This document shows, in pieces, positions 48,400 through 56,691 of a DNA stretch of 64,000 nt. How positions within the stretch are numbered: position 1 is the stretch's first letter; each line of letters begins with the position of its first letter. This DNA comes from an uncultured Microthrixaceae bacterium (GTDB lineage Bacteria > Actinomycetota > Acidimicrobiia > Acidimicrobiales > VFJN01): positions 535,594 to 599,593 of the forward strand of contig CAVVRO010000008.1 in NCBI GenBank assembly GCA_963750645.1, in the 5' to 3' direction. The notes under the pieces are model-generated. The model searched no databases. It was not told the DNA's origin and saw only the letters and a list, made by a program, of their open reading frames with translations. The position numbers and the translations under genes are program-made.

Positions 48400-49641
48400 A
48401 TGACGCTATCGAGGGCCGGTCTGGTGGCCGTACTCCTCGGCGTCGGCACGCTCCTGCTCGGGCCGACGGCGGGCGCGGCGACCGCGCGGGCCGACGACCC
48501 GGGCTACGTGGCCGTGATCGAGGTCAGTGGGCTGCTCGATCGGGTCCTCGTCGACTTCATCGAGACGCAGATCACGGAGGCCGAGCAAGGCGGCGCCATC
48601 GCGCTGGTCCTCCAGCTGAACAGCTCGGGCGCCGTCGTGGCGGACGAGCGCGTCGACGAGCTGGTCGAGCGCATCGAGACCGCCGACGTCCCGATCGACG
48701 TCTGGGTGGGACCATCAGGCAGCAACGCCACCGGTGACGCGACCGCGGTCCTGGCCGCCGCCCGCACCGTCGGTGTCGCCGGCGGGAGCCGGATCGAGAT
48801 CACGCCCGTGCTCCTGGGCGACGGCACGCTCGACGGCAAGGCGGCCGTCGGCGACACGGTGAGCGCTGGCGAAGCCGTCGACCTGGGCCTGGCCGACAAC
48901 GCCGATCCCACCATCGGAGAGTTCGTCCTCGGCCTGCCCGGGGTGGAGAGCGAGGTCGTCGACGGCGGGCGCCAACCCGTCACCCAGGCTCGCTTCGCCC
49001 AGCTGCCGCTCGGCGGCCAGCTCATGCACACGGTGTCCAGCCCGCCGGTGGCGTACCTGCTCTTCGTCATCGGCCTGGCATTGATCCTCTTCGAGTTCTT
49101 CACCGCCGGGGTCGGTGTGGCGGGGCTGGTCGGCGCCGGATGCCTGGTCCTCGGCTGCTACGGCCTCGCCGCCCTCCCGACCAATCCCCTCGGCGTGGGC
49201 CTGATCCTGTTCGCGATGCTCGGCTACGCCATCGATGTCCAGACGGGCGTGCCTCGCGTCTGGAGCGGCATCGCCACGGTGTCCTTCACGGTGGGATCGG
49301 TCGTGTTCTACGACGGCCTCTCCCTGTCGTGGATCACCCTCCTGGTGGCCATCGTCGGGATGGCCGTGGCGATGATCGGAGGCATGCCGGCCATGGTCCG
49401 CAGCCGCTTCTCCACCCCGACGATCGGGCGCGAGTGGATGGTCGGCGAGGTCGGGACGGCCGTCGGCCGCGTCGCCCCTGATGGGATCGTCACCGTCCGT
49501 GACGCCCCGTGGCGTGCGCGCACCAACCGGGCGACGCCCATCGACGCCGCCCAGCCCGTGCGGGTCGTGTCCATCGACGGGTTGCTCCTCGAGGTCGAGC
49601 CGCTCGAGGGTGCCGCCAAGGATCACCGCGACCGGCACTGA
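48400..49641 (+). CDS. NfeD-family membrane-bound serine protease (ClpP-class)
   Basis: ATG 48400 encodes a signal/TM segment. It is followed by YVAVIEVSGLLDRVLVDFIE, a central multi-TM block and a C-terminal OB-like NfeD domain (VRDAPWRARTN...VRVVSIDGLLLEVEP). Confidence 0.8.
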   Translation: MTLSRAGLVAVLLGVGTLLLGPTAGAATARADDPGYVAVIEVSGLLDRVLVDFIETQITEAEQGGAIALVLQLNSSGAVVADERVDELVERIETADVPIDVWVGPSGSNATGDATAVLAAARTVGVAGGSRIEITPVLLGDGTLDGKAAVGDTVSAGEAVDLGLADNADPTIGEFVLGLPGVESEVVDGGRQPVTQARFAQLPLGGQLMHTVSSPPVAYLLFVIGLALILFEFFTAGVGVAGLVGAGCLVLGCYGLAALPTNPLGVGLILFAMLGYAIDVQTGVPRVWSGIATVSFTVGSVVFYDGLSLSWITLLVAIVGMAVAMIGGMPAMVRSRFSTPTIGREWMVGEVGTAVGRVAPDGIVTVRDAPWRARTNRATPIDAAQPVRVVSIDGLLLEVEPLEGAAKDHRDRH

Positions 49642-49834
49642 TCGGCGATATCCCTTTGTTGGGATTTGCGTGTTCCCCCGAGGCTCCATGCAACCCAACG
49701 CGGCCCGTGACACCGGAGCGATAGGGCTGTGACCTGGGAGTGTTCGCGATCACAAGCAGCTTGCTCGCGATCGATTGACCCTTGTTTCCCTCAAAGGACC
49801 GCCTGTAGGGTCGCCGCCGAAAGGGGGATGCCAC

Positions 49835-50095
49835 GTGAGCGCACAGCGTGTCGACGAGGCCTGGCAGATGAAGGCTGCGTGCCGGGGTCCGCAGGCAGAG
49901 GTGTTCTTCCCGCCGTCCCACTTCGAACGCAAGGACGAGAAGCTCGAGCGCGAGCACCGGGCCAAGGCGATCTGCACCACCTGCCCCGTCCGCCAGCCCT
50001 GCCTGAGCTACGCCATCCGCATCCGTGAGCCGCACGGGATCTGGGGTGGCCTCAACGAGGTCGAGCGCAAGCAGGTCAGCGCCCGATCCAACTAG
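49835..50095 (+). CDS. WhiB-family Fe-S transcription factor
   Basis: GTG 49835 follows RBS aaggggga. Four Cys residues occur in C-x(n)-CxxCxxxxxC (AACRG ... CTTCPVRQPC), followed by GIWGG. Confidence 0.85.
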   Translation: MSAQRVDEAWQMKAACRGPQAEVFFPPSHFERKDEKLEREHRAKAICTTCPVRQPCLSYAIRIREPHGIWGGLNEVERKQVSARSN

Positions 50096-50240
50096 CGAGC
50101 GATCGGCATCTCGGCAGGGACGACCCGGAGATCGCGGGAAGAGCAGCTCGCGACCACGAGGTTGGCCACGCTGTCGTCGAGGGCGGTGCCGAGGAACACG
50201 ATCCGGTCGCGGAGCAGGCGCGACCAGACGTCATGGACGC
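50092..50240 (-). pseudogene. ClpP-like N-terminal gene fragment (relic)
   Basis: The minus frame reads DVWSRLLRDRIVFLGTALDDSVANLVVA. After a 1-nt shift it continues (Q/E)LLF, matching the ClpP motif SRLLxERIIFLGxxIDDxxANxxxAQLLFL. It then decays and stops, with no catalytic Ser/His region. Confidence 0.45.
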
Positions 50241-50355
50241 CTCGCCCGGCTCGAAGCGCGCGCCCGTGAGAGGGCGGCGCACCGACAGGGAGGTGACGCC
50301 CGAGGCCGCGTGCTCTCCCAGCCGGGCGGCAGGAGGTCGACGGTAGGCTGTCCTG

Positions 50356-50826
50356 GTGTTCCTGCTGTCCGCCCTCGTGTTCGTCGCGGCGGCGATCGCC
50401 GAGCTCTATGTGATCGTGCAGGTGGCGGGGGGGATCGGCGTCCTCGAGACGATCCTCCTCCTCATCGGGATCAGCGCGCTCGGCGTCTGGCTGACGAAGG
50501 TGGCCGGGATCGGCGTCCTGTACCGCCTGCAGCGCACGGTGCGGGAGGGAAGGGTGCCCTCCGTGGAGATCATCGACGGCGCGCTCGTCCTGCTCGCCGG
50601 CGCCCTCATGATCATCCCGGGGTTCCTGTCGGATGCCGTCGCGATCCTCCTGCTCCTCCCGCCCTCCCGCTCGGCGGTGCGCGGCGTCGTGCTGCGGCGT
50701 CTCCGGGCTCGTGGTGGCTTCTTCTCCGTGGTGACGTCCATGCCCACCAAGCCGGCGCCTGCCGACGACGTCTGGGACGTCGACAGCTGGGAAGACCCAC
50801 CCAACCCGCCGGCCATCGGCCCATGA
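50356..50826 (+). CDS. fxsA: FxsA-family cytoplasmic membrane protein
   Basis: Segments AELYVIVQVAGGIG, LLAGALMIIPGFLSDAVAILLLLPPSR are present. The start codon is GTG. Confidence 0.8.
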   Translation: MFLLSALVFVAAAIAELYVIVQVAGGIGVLETILLLIGISALGVWLTKVAGIGVLYRLQRTVREGRVPSVEIIDGALVLLAGALMIIPGFLSDAVAILLLLPPSRSAVRGVVLRRLRARGGFFSVVTSMPTKPAPADDVWDVDSWEDPPNPPAIGP

Positions 50827-51566
50827 CCCCGACGGTCCCGACGCGCGACGGCGCCACCGTGATGCTCGTCCGGGACGGTCACCACGCCGAGCACCCCCTC
50901 GAGGTGTTCATGCTGCGGCGACACCCGCGCACGGCCTTCGGGAGCGTCCACGTGTTCCCCGGCGGCGTCGTCGACCCGGCTGACCGCGCGCCGGCGCTCG
51001 ATGCGCACTGCCCCGGGCTCACCGACGCCGACGCGTCCGCGCGGCTCGGCATCGCGAGCGGCGGACGGGCCTACTGGGTGGCCGCCATCCGCGAGAGCTT
51101 CGAGGAGGCCGGCGTCCTGCTCGCACGCTGCGCGGACGGCGAGCCGGTGCGGTTCGACCACCACGAGGACGTCCAGGCCCGGTTCGACGAGCACCGCCTC
51201 GCGCTGCACGCGGGCGAGCGCGCGCTCGTCGACGTCCTTGAAGCCGAAGACCTCGTGCTGGCCGTCGACCAGGTTCGCTACTTCGCCCACTGGATCACTC
51301 CGGAGGGTGAGCCGAAGCGCTTCGACACCCGCTTCTTCCTCGCGAGGGCGCCAGAGGGCCAGGCCTACGCGCACGATGACGCCGAGCTGATCGGAAGCGA
51401 GTGGGTGCGCCCGACGGATGCGCTCGCGCGACATCGCGCCGGCGACTTCCCAATGATCGGGCCCACCATCGTCTGCCTCCAGGACATCGACCGCTTCGAC
51501 ACCTGCGACGAGCTGCTCAGCTCGCACGAGCTCTCCGCGGCCGGTGCGGATCGCGGTCCGGAATGA
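50823..51566 (+). CDS. NUDIX-family hydrolase
   Basis: ATG 50823 overlaps the fxsA stop (ATGA). A Nudix-box remnant is visible in FPGGVVDP...AAIRESFEEAGVLL. Confidence 0.7.
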   Translation: MTPTVPTRDGATVMLVRDGHHAEHPLEVFMLRRHPRTAFGSVHVFPGGVVDPADRAPALDAHCPGLTDADASARLGIASGGRAYWVAAIRESFEEAGVLLARCADGEPVRFDHHEDVQARFDEHRLALHAGERALVDVLEAEDLVLAVDQVRYFAHWITPEGEPKRFDTRFFLARAPEGQAYAHDDAELIGSEWVRPTDALARHRAGDFPMIGPTIVCLQDIDRFDTCDELLSSHELSAAGADRGPE

Positions 51567-52426
51567 CCCCCGAACCCGCCACCGATGACGACCTCCCCCA
51601 GCGCAGGCCGATCGTGCACGGGGTCGCCAGCGCGCTGAGCCCTCTGGTGCGACGCATCGTCGCCAACAACCCGGGCCACATGACCGGACCAGGCACCAAC
51701 ACGTACCTCGTCGGCATCGACGAGATCGTCGTCATCGACCCCGGTCCCGACGACCCCGGACACCTCGACGCCATCGCCGGCTGTGGCGGCGACCGCATTC
51801 GCTGGATCGCCTGCACGCACACCCACATCGACCACTTCCCCGGGGTGGCTGGGCTCAGGGAGCGCACGGGAGCCGAGGTGCTTGCGTTCGAGGCGCGCGA
51901 CGGGCTCGACATCGATCGCTCGCTCCGCGACGGCGAGCGCATCGAGGCCACCGAGTTCGTGCTCCGTGCCATCCACACGCCCGGGCACGCGTCCAACCAC
52001 CTCTGCTTCCTGCTCGAACAGGAGCGGATGCTGTTCTCCGGCGACCACATCATGGAGGGGTCCACCGTGGTCATCCGGCCTCCCGACGGCGACATGGAGG
52101 CGTACCTCCAACAGCTGGAGCGGCTGAAGGCGCTGCGCCCTCGGCTGCGGTCGATCGCGCCAGGCCACGGCCACCTCATCGAGCACCCCGCCGCCAAGAT
52201 CGACGAGTACCTGAAGCACCGCGCCATGCGCGAGCAGCAGATCGTCGACCTGCTCCAGACCACAGGCCCCATCACCATCGACGCCATCGTGGCAACGCTC
52301 TACACCGAGACGCCGGAGGAGCTCCTGCCGATGGCGGCCGGAACCGTGTGGGCACACCTGCGGAAGCTGAAGAACGACGGCCGGGCCAAGGGCACCACGC
52401 CGGACAAGGTGTGGGCTGCCGCGTAG
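51563..52426 (+). CDS. MBL-fold metallo-hydrolase
   Basis: ATG 51563 overlaps the upstream stop. The metal motif is CTHTHIDHFPG, followed by HTPGHASNH and FSGDH. Confidence 0.85.
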   Translation: MTPEPATDDDLPQRRPIVHGVASALSPLVRRIVANNPGHMTGPGTNTYLVGIDEIVVIDPGPDDPGHLDAIAGCGGDRIRWIACTHTHIDHFPGVAGLRERTGAEVLAFEARDGLDIDRSLRDGERIEATEFVLRAIHTPGHASNHLCFLLEQERMLFSGDHIMEGSTVVIRPPDGDMEAYLQQLERLKALRPRLRSIAPGHGHLIEHPAAKIDEYLKHRAMREQQIVDLLQTTGPITIDAIVATLYTETPEELLPMAAGTVWAHLRKLKNDGRAKGTTPDKVWAAA

Positions 52427-52448
52427 CGCGCCGAATCGTCCCCCTTGG

Positions 52449-53621
52449 CTACAGCTCGTCGAGCGCGGCGACGGCCGCCTCGAGCATCCTGGCGCTGCAC
52501 CCGGCCATCTCGGCCGGCGGGATCGCGTCGGTGAGGATGCGATCGGCGATCGCCCGGAAGGCCTCGGCCGCCGCGCCGTCACCGAGCACCACCGGCTCAC
52601 CGTCGTCGCCGCCGATCGACACGGCTGGCTCGAGGGGCACCTGGCCCAGCAGGGGCACACCGGCATCTGCGGCCAGCTCGGCACCGCCGCCTTCGCCGAA
52701 GAGGCTGTAGCTCGTGCCGTGCTCGCAGGTGAACGAGCTCATGTTCTCGATGACGCCCGCGACGCGCAGGAAGCTCTTGCGGGCCATCGACACGGCCCGG
52801 CTGGCGACCTTCTGGGCGCCTCGCGCCGGCGTCGTCACGACGAGCACCTCCGCCCGAGGGAGGAGCTTCGCCACGCCCATCTGGACGTCGCCGGTCCCGG
52901 GCGGCATGTCGACGAAGAGGTAGTCGAGGTCGTCACCCCACGCCACGTCCTGCAGGAAGTGGGTGACGCCTCGGTTGAGCATCAGGCCTCGCCACATCAG
53001 AGCCTGCTCCTCGTCCTCGACCAGGAAGCCCATCGAGATGATGCGCAGCATCCCGTCGCCCACCGGGCGCTCGTGGGGGATCATCTGCTTCTTGCCGTCC
53101 CGCTCCTCGCCGGCGAGGCGCCCGGAGATGCCGAGCATGCGCGGCACGGAGAAGCCCCAGATGTCGGCGTCGAGCACGCCGACGGTGAGGCCCGTGGCCG
53201 CGAGCGCGGCGGCCAGGTTCACGGTGACGGATGACTTGCCGACACCGCCCTTCCCGGAGGCCACCAGCACCACCTTCGTCGTCGGGGCCAGGGCGGTGTC
53301 CTCAGGTCGCTGGGCCACGTTCCACCGCGCCTTGGCCATCGCCGAGGACTTCTCGTCCTGGGTCATCTCGGTCCAGTCGAGGGTCACGTGCGTGACGCCC
53401 GTCAGCGACCCGACCCGAGCGCGGACGTCCCGTTGGATCTGGGCGCGCAACGGGCAGCCCGAGGTGGTGAGGGCGATCGTGACCACGACCTCGCCGCCGG
53501 GCTCGACCCGCGCACCCTTGGCCATGCCGAGCTCCACGATGTCGCTGCCGAGCTCGGGGTCGATGACCCCGCGGAGCACCGCCAACACGTCCTCTGCGGT
53601 GGGGAGGGGTTCGGCAGACAC
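52449..53621 (-). CDS. mrp: Mrp/NBP35 (ApbC) family Fe-S cluster carrier ATPase
   Basis: An N-terminal DUF59-like segment (VIDPELGSDIVELGM) is followed by the deviant Walker A VASGKGGVGKSSVTVNLA and CxxC-like FTCEHG. Confidence 0.85.
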   Translation of the reverse strand: MSAEPLPTAEDVLAVLRGVIDPELGSDIVELGMAKGARVEPGGEVVVTIALTTSGCPLRAQIQRDVRARVGSLTGVTHVTLDWTEMTQDEKSSAMAKARWNVAQRPEDTALAPTTKVVLVASGKGGVGKSSVTVNLAAALAATGLTVGVLDADIWGFSVPRMLGISGRLAGEERDGKKQMIPHERPVGDGMLRIISMGFLVEDEEQALMWRGLMLNRGVTHFLQDVAWGDDLDYLFVDMPPGTGDVQMGVAKLLPRAEVLVVTTPARGAQKVASRAVSMARKSFLRVAGVIENMSSFTCEHGTSYSLFGEGGGAELAADAGVPLLGQVPLEPAVSIGGDDGEPVVLGDGAAAEAFRAIADRILTDAIPPAEMAGCSARMLEAAVAALDEL

Positions 53622-53664
53622 GCCCGGATTCTACCGGCCTGAGCCGTGTAAACTCCACGACGAC

Positions 53665-54348
53665 ATGGCCGACGCCACCCCCTCTGCCGGTGCTCCTCGC
53701 CTCGAGCTGCTCAAGGCCCTCGGTGACAACACCCGCTACGCCATCTACCTCGAGCTGGCGCGCGCCCCGTCGCCGCTGGCCACGTCCCAGATCGCAGAGA
53801 CCCTCGGCCTTCACCCGAACACGGTGCGCCCGCACCTCGACCGCATGCGCGAGGTGGGGCTGCTCGCGGTGATCACCGACGCGCAGGGCTCCGTCGGGCG
53901 ACCGCAGCACCGATACTCGCTCGCTGCCGATGCGCCATCGCTGGGGTTCGAGCCCCCTGCCTACCCGGTGCTGGCGCGCATGCTCCTCCGGCTGGCGGCG
54001 GCCGGCGACCTCTCGGCGGCCGACGCCGTCGAGGCCGGCCGTGAGCAAGGCGCGACGGCCGCCCAACGTCGCACGGGCCCAGGCACCTGCGCGGCGGCGC
54101 TCAGCGCGGAGCTGGCCGCGCTCGGCTTCGACCCCGAGTCCGTCACCGACGACCGCGGTGCCACGATCGCGTTCACCCGCTGTCCCTTCCGCGAGCTGGC
54201 GGAGAGCAACCCCGATCTCGTCTGCGGCCTGCACCGCGGGCTGATCGAGGGGTTTGCCGACGAACGGGGCGACGCACAGGTGCTCGAGTTCCACGACCTC
54301 GCGGACCGCGCGCCGTGCCAGGTCGAGATCGCGCAGCCGTCCCGGTAG
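53665..54348 (+). CDS. ArsR-type winged-HTH regulator with a C-terminal Cys-containing domain (SufR-like, tentative)
   Basis: ATG 53665. The HTH segment is LELLKALGDNTRYAIYLELARAPSPLATSQIAETLGLHPNTVRPHLDRM. The C-terminal Cys residues lie in TRCPF, LVCGLH and APCQV. It sits upstream of an IscA-type gene. Confidence 0.6.
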   Translation: MADATPSAGAPRLELLKALGDNTRYAIYLELARAPSPLATSQIAETLGLHPNTVRPHLDRMREVGLLAVITDAQGSVGRPQHRYSLAADAPSLGFEPPAYPVLARMLLRLAAAGDLSAADAVEAGREQGATAAQRRTGPGTCAAALSAELAALGFDPESVTDDRGATIAFTRCPFRELAESNPDLVCGLHRGLIEGFADERGDAQVLEFHDLADRAPCQVEIAQPSR

Positions 54349-54387
54349 CATTCCCGTGAAGACCCGGTCCCTCAGGAGGCCCCACCA

Positions 54388-54708
54388 GTGATCACGCTCA
54401 CCGACACCGCCGCCACGAAGGTCAAGGACCTGATCGAGGCCGAGGGCGAGCCGAACCTGGCACTGCGGGTGGCCGTCCGCCCCGGCGGGTGCTCGGGCTT
54501 CAGCTACGAGATGTTCTTCGACACCGACGTCGCCCCCGACGACAACCTCGTCGACTACGCAGGCGTGAAGGTCGTCGTCGACGCGTCGAGCGCTGAGCTC
54601 CTCCAGGGCGCCACCCTCGACTACAAGGACGGCCTCCAGGGCGCCGGGTTCGCGATCGAGAACCCCAACGCGCAGCGCAGCTGCGGCTGCGGCAAGTCCT
54701 TCAGCTAG
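54388..54708 (+). CDS. HesB/IscA-family Fe-S cluster insertion protein
   Basis: Motifs LRVAVRPGGCSGFSY and the C-terminal SCGCGKSF are present. The product is 106 aa. Confidence 0.9.
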   Translation: MITLTDTAATKVKDLIEAEGEPNLALRVAVRPGGCSGFSYEMFFDTDVAPDDNLVDYAGVKVVVDASSAELLQGATLDYKDGLQGAGFAIENPNAQRSCGCGKSFS

Positions 54709-55747
54709 CCGGTTCGACCACCAGCACCGGCGCCGCCGGGGCGACATCCGCGAAGCGCTCCCCGAGCGCGGTCGCGTCCGCCACGAGGACGACCGGTCGG
54801 GTCATCCGCCGAGCCATCGCCTCGACCCACTCGTGGTCGATCGACGCGGGCGGGTCCTCGCCGAGCGAGCGCCAGCCCTCCGCCCAACGCGCCGTGGCTC
54901 GCTCGACCAGCGTCGACACCGCCCGCACACCGATCGCCTCCTGGGCGACCTCCCTCGCCTCCTGGAGCTGCGGGTCGAACCGTCGGAGGACCTCCTCGAC
55001 GTCCTCGACGTTGCTCTCGCCGGCGAGATCGTGCCAGGCACGGTGGGCAACCCGCACGTCCTCGCGCGCACGGTCGCGCTGCGCTTCCAGGAGCAGGAGC
55101 AGATCGGTGCGGGCGTCGTTGGCGCGGCGGAGCCCGAACGCCTCATCGGTGGCGGCCGCCATCTGCTGCAGCAGGTGGGTGGACTCGCTCATGTCTTCCT
55201 CGTCGCGACGGGCCCGGGCGGCGCGACCGCGTCCGAAGAGGCCTCGGCGGCCCGTTCGGGATCGGTCGTCCGACGCTGCCACGGACGCCTCCGTCAGCCG
55301 CTCATCCGACGCGGCCGCCGCGGCGGCCTCGTCGGCCTCGGCGCGCGCCTCGGCCTCGACGAGCCGCTCCTCCGCTTCGCGGAGCAGCTCACGAGCCGCG
55401 AGCACCGCAGCGGCTCGCTCCCGCACCATGGTGGGGTGGATCGCCAGACCTGTGCCGACCGCAGCGAGCCGCTCGCCGACCTCACTGGCTGCCCGATCGA
55501 CGGTCCGTTCGAGGATCCTCTGCGCGGTCGCGACACGCTCGCTCAGCTGTTGGATGAGGGCGATCCCGTCGGCATCGAGCGGTGGGTACGCACCGAGCTG
55601 CCTGATGACGTGCTCCGCCTCTTGCGCGGTGGCGCACAGGTCGCCGTGCAGCTCGTCGGCGAGCTCGCTCGCCCGCGTCATCGGGTCCGAGTCGAGGTGG
55701 ACGTGCAGACCCGGCTTCACGGGTTCGTCCACGACCGGAGCATCCAC
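54701..55747 (-). CDS. hypothetical coiled-coil protein
   Basis: 348-aa Ala/Glu/Arg-rich ORF with heptad-like stretches and good third-position G/C bias. No family was recognised. Confidence 0.5.
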   Translation of the reverse strand: MDAPVVDEPVKPGLHVHLDSDPMTRASELADELHGDLCATAQEAEHVIRQLGAYPPLDADGIALIQQLSERVATAQRILERTVDRAASEVGERLAAVGTGLAIHPTMVRERAAAVLAARELLREAEERLVEAEARAEADEAAAAAASDERLTEASVAASDDRSRTGRRGLFGRGRAARARRDEEDMSESTHLLQQMAAATDEAFGLRRANDARTDLLLLLEAQRDRAREDVRVAHRAWHDLAGESNVEDVEEVLRRFDPQLQEAREVAQEAIGVRAVSTLVERATARWAEGWRSLGEDPPASIDHEWVEAMARRMTRPVVLVADATALGERFADVAPAAPVLVVEPAS

Positions 55748-55768
55748 GGCGAGGACGATACCGGCGCC

Positions 55769-56668
55769 TCAGGTCAGCCGCGAAAGCGCCTCGCCCACCT
55801 CGACCTCGTCGAAGATCGTGTCGAGCCGTTCGACGACCACCCCGTCGCGGCCGGTCAGCACGAGGCACGGCTCGAAGCTCAGGCCCAGCTCCTCCACCGC
55901 GGCCGTCTGCACGTCGAGGTCTTGGGCCGGGTCGGCGTAGACCTCGGCGTGCAGGAGGCGCACGTCCGGGTGGTCATCAGCCACCGCAAGGAGCACGTCG
56001 AGCACCGGCCCGCAGATGGCGATCTGGCAGAAGGCCGGCGTGGCGACCAGCAGCGCGATCGGCTGACCGGCGTCGAGGGCTTCGGCGACGGTGATGTCGT
56101 GAAGGGGGCAGGCTGGGTCGTTCGTGCAGATCGGTTCGACCCCCTGGGCGTCGTCGACCGTCGGCGTGATGATCGGGGGCAGCGCGTCGCCTGCCTGGAT
56201 GACCTGCACGTCAGCGGCGGCGTCGATCTTGATCGCCATCTCCAGCACGGCCCCGTCGATCTCCGAGCGTCCCGTGTAGATGCCCGGGTCTTCGACGGTG
56301 AAGCGCAGCGGGTAGTAGGGCCGTGGCAGACCCTCCGCGTGGCGGGCGACCTCGACGGGCTCCACCACCACCGCGCCGTCGGGGCCGAGCATCGTGACGG
56401 TCACGGTGCTCGGTGTTCGATCCAACGGGAGCAGACCATCCGCATCGGCGAGCCCGAACGGGGCTCGGACCTCCCGGCCGGCGGCGAGCATCGGCGGACC
56501 GCCGAAGAACTGCACGAGGGACAGGTCGCCCGAGGCGGGCGTGGTGGTCGTGGTGCCGCTGCTCGAGTCGTCGTTGCTGCACGCTCCGAGGAGGACGGCT
56601 CCGGCGGCCGCGGTCCCACCGAGGAGGAACCGACGCCGCGACAACGGGCTCGAGGGACGGGCAGGCAC
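55769..56668 (-). CDS. Tat-signal lipoprotein, possibly with a thioredoxin-like C-terminal fold
   Basis: The twin-arginine motif SRRRFLLGGTAAAGAVLLGAC includes a lipobox Cys. The C-terminal part contains LLVATPAFCQIAICGPV. GTG 56668 was chosen, so the start is uncertain. Confidence 0.6.
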   Translation of the reverse strand: MPARPSSPLSRRRFLLGGTAAAGAVLLGACSNDDSSSGTTTTTPASGDLSLVQFFGGPPMLAAGREVRAPFGLADADGLLPLDRTPSTVTVTMLGPDGAVVVEPVEVARHAEGLPRPYYPLRFTVEDPGIYTGRSEIDGAVLEMAIKIDAAADVQVIQAGDALPPIITPTVDDAQGVEPICTNDPACPLHDITVAEALDAGQPIALLVATPAFCQIAICGPVLDVLLAVADDHPDVRLLHAEVYADPAQDLDVQTAAVEELGLSFEPCLVLTGRDGVVVERLDTIFDEVEVGEALSRLT

Positions 56669-56691
56669 GGCGGCGAACCTATCCTCCGCCC

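Noticed and set aside
49650-49665. A hairpin atccc-tttgtt-gggat followed by ttgcgtgtt after the NfeD gene, considered as an intrinsic terminator.
   Set aside because: The stem is only 5 bp and A/T-containing, which is too weak to call with confidence.
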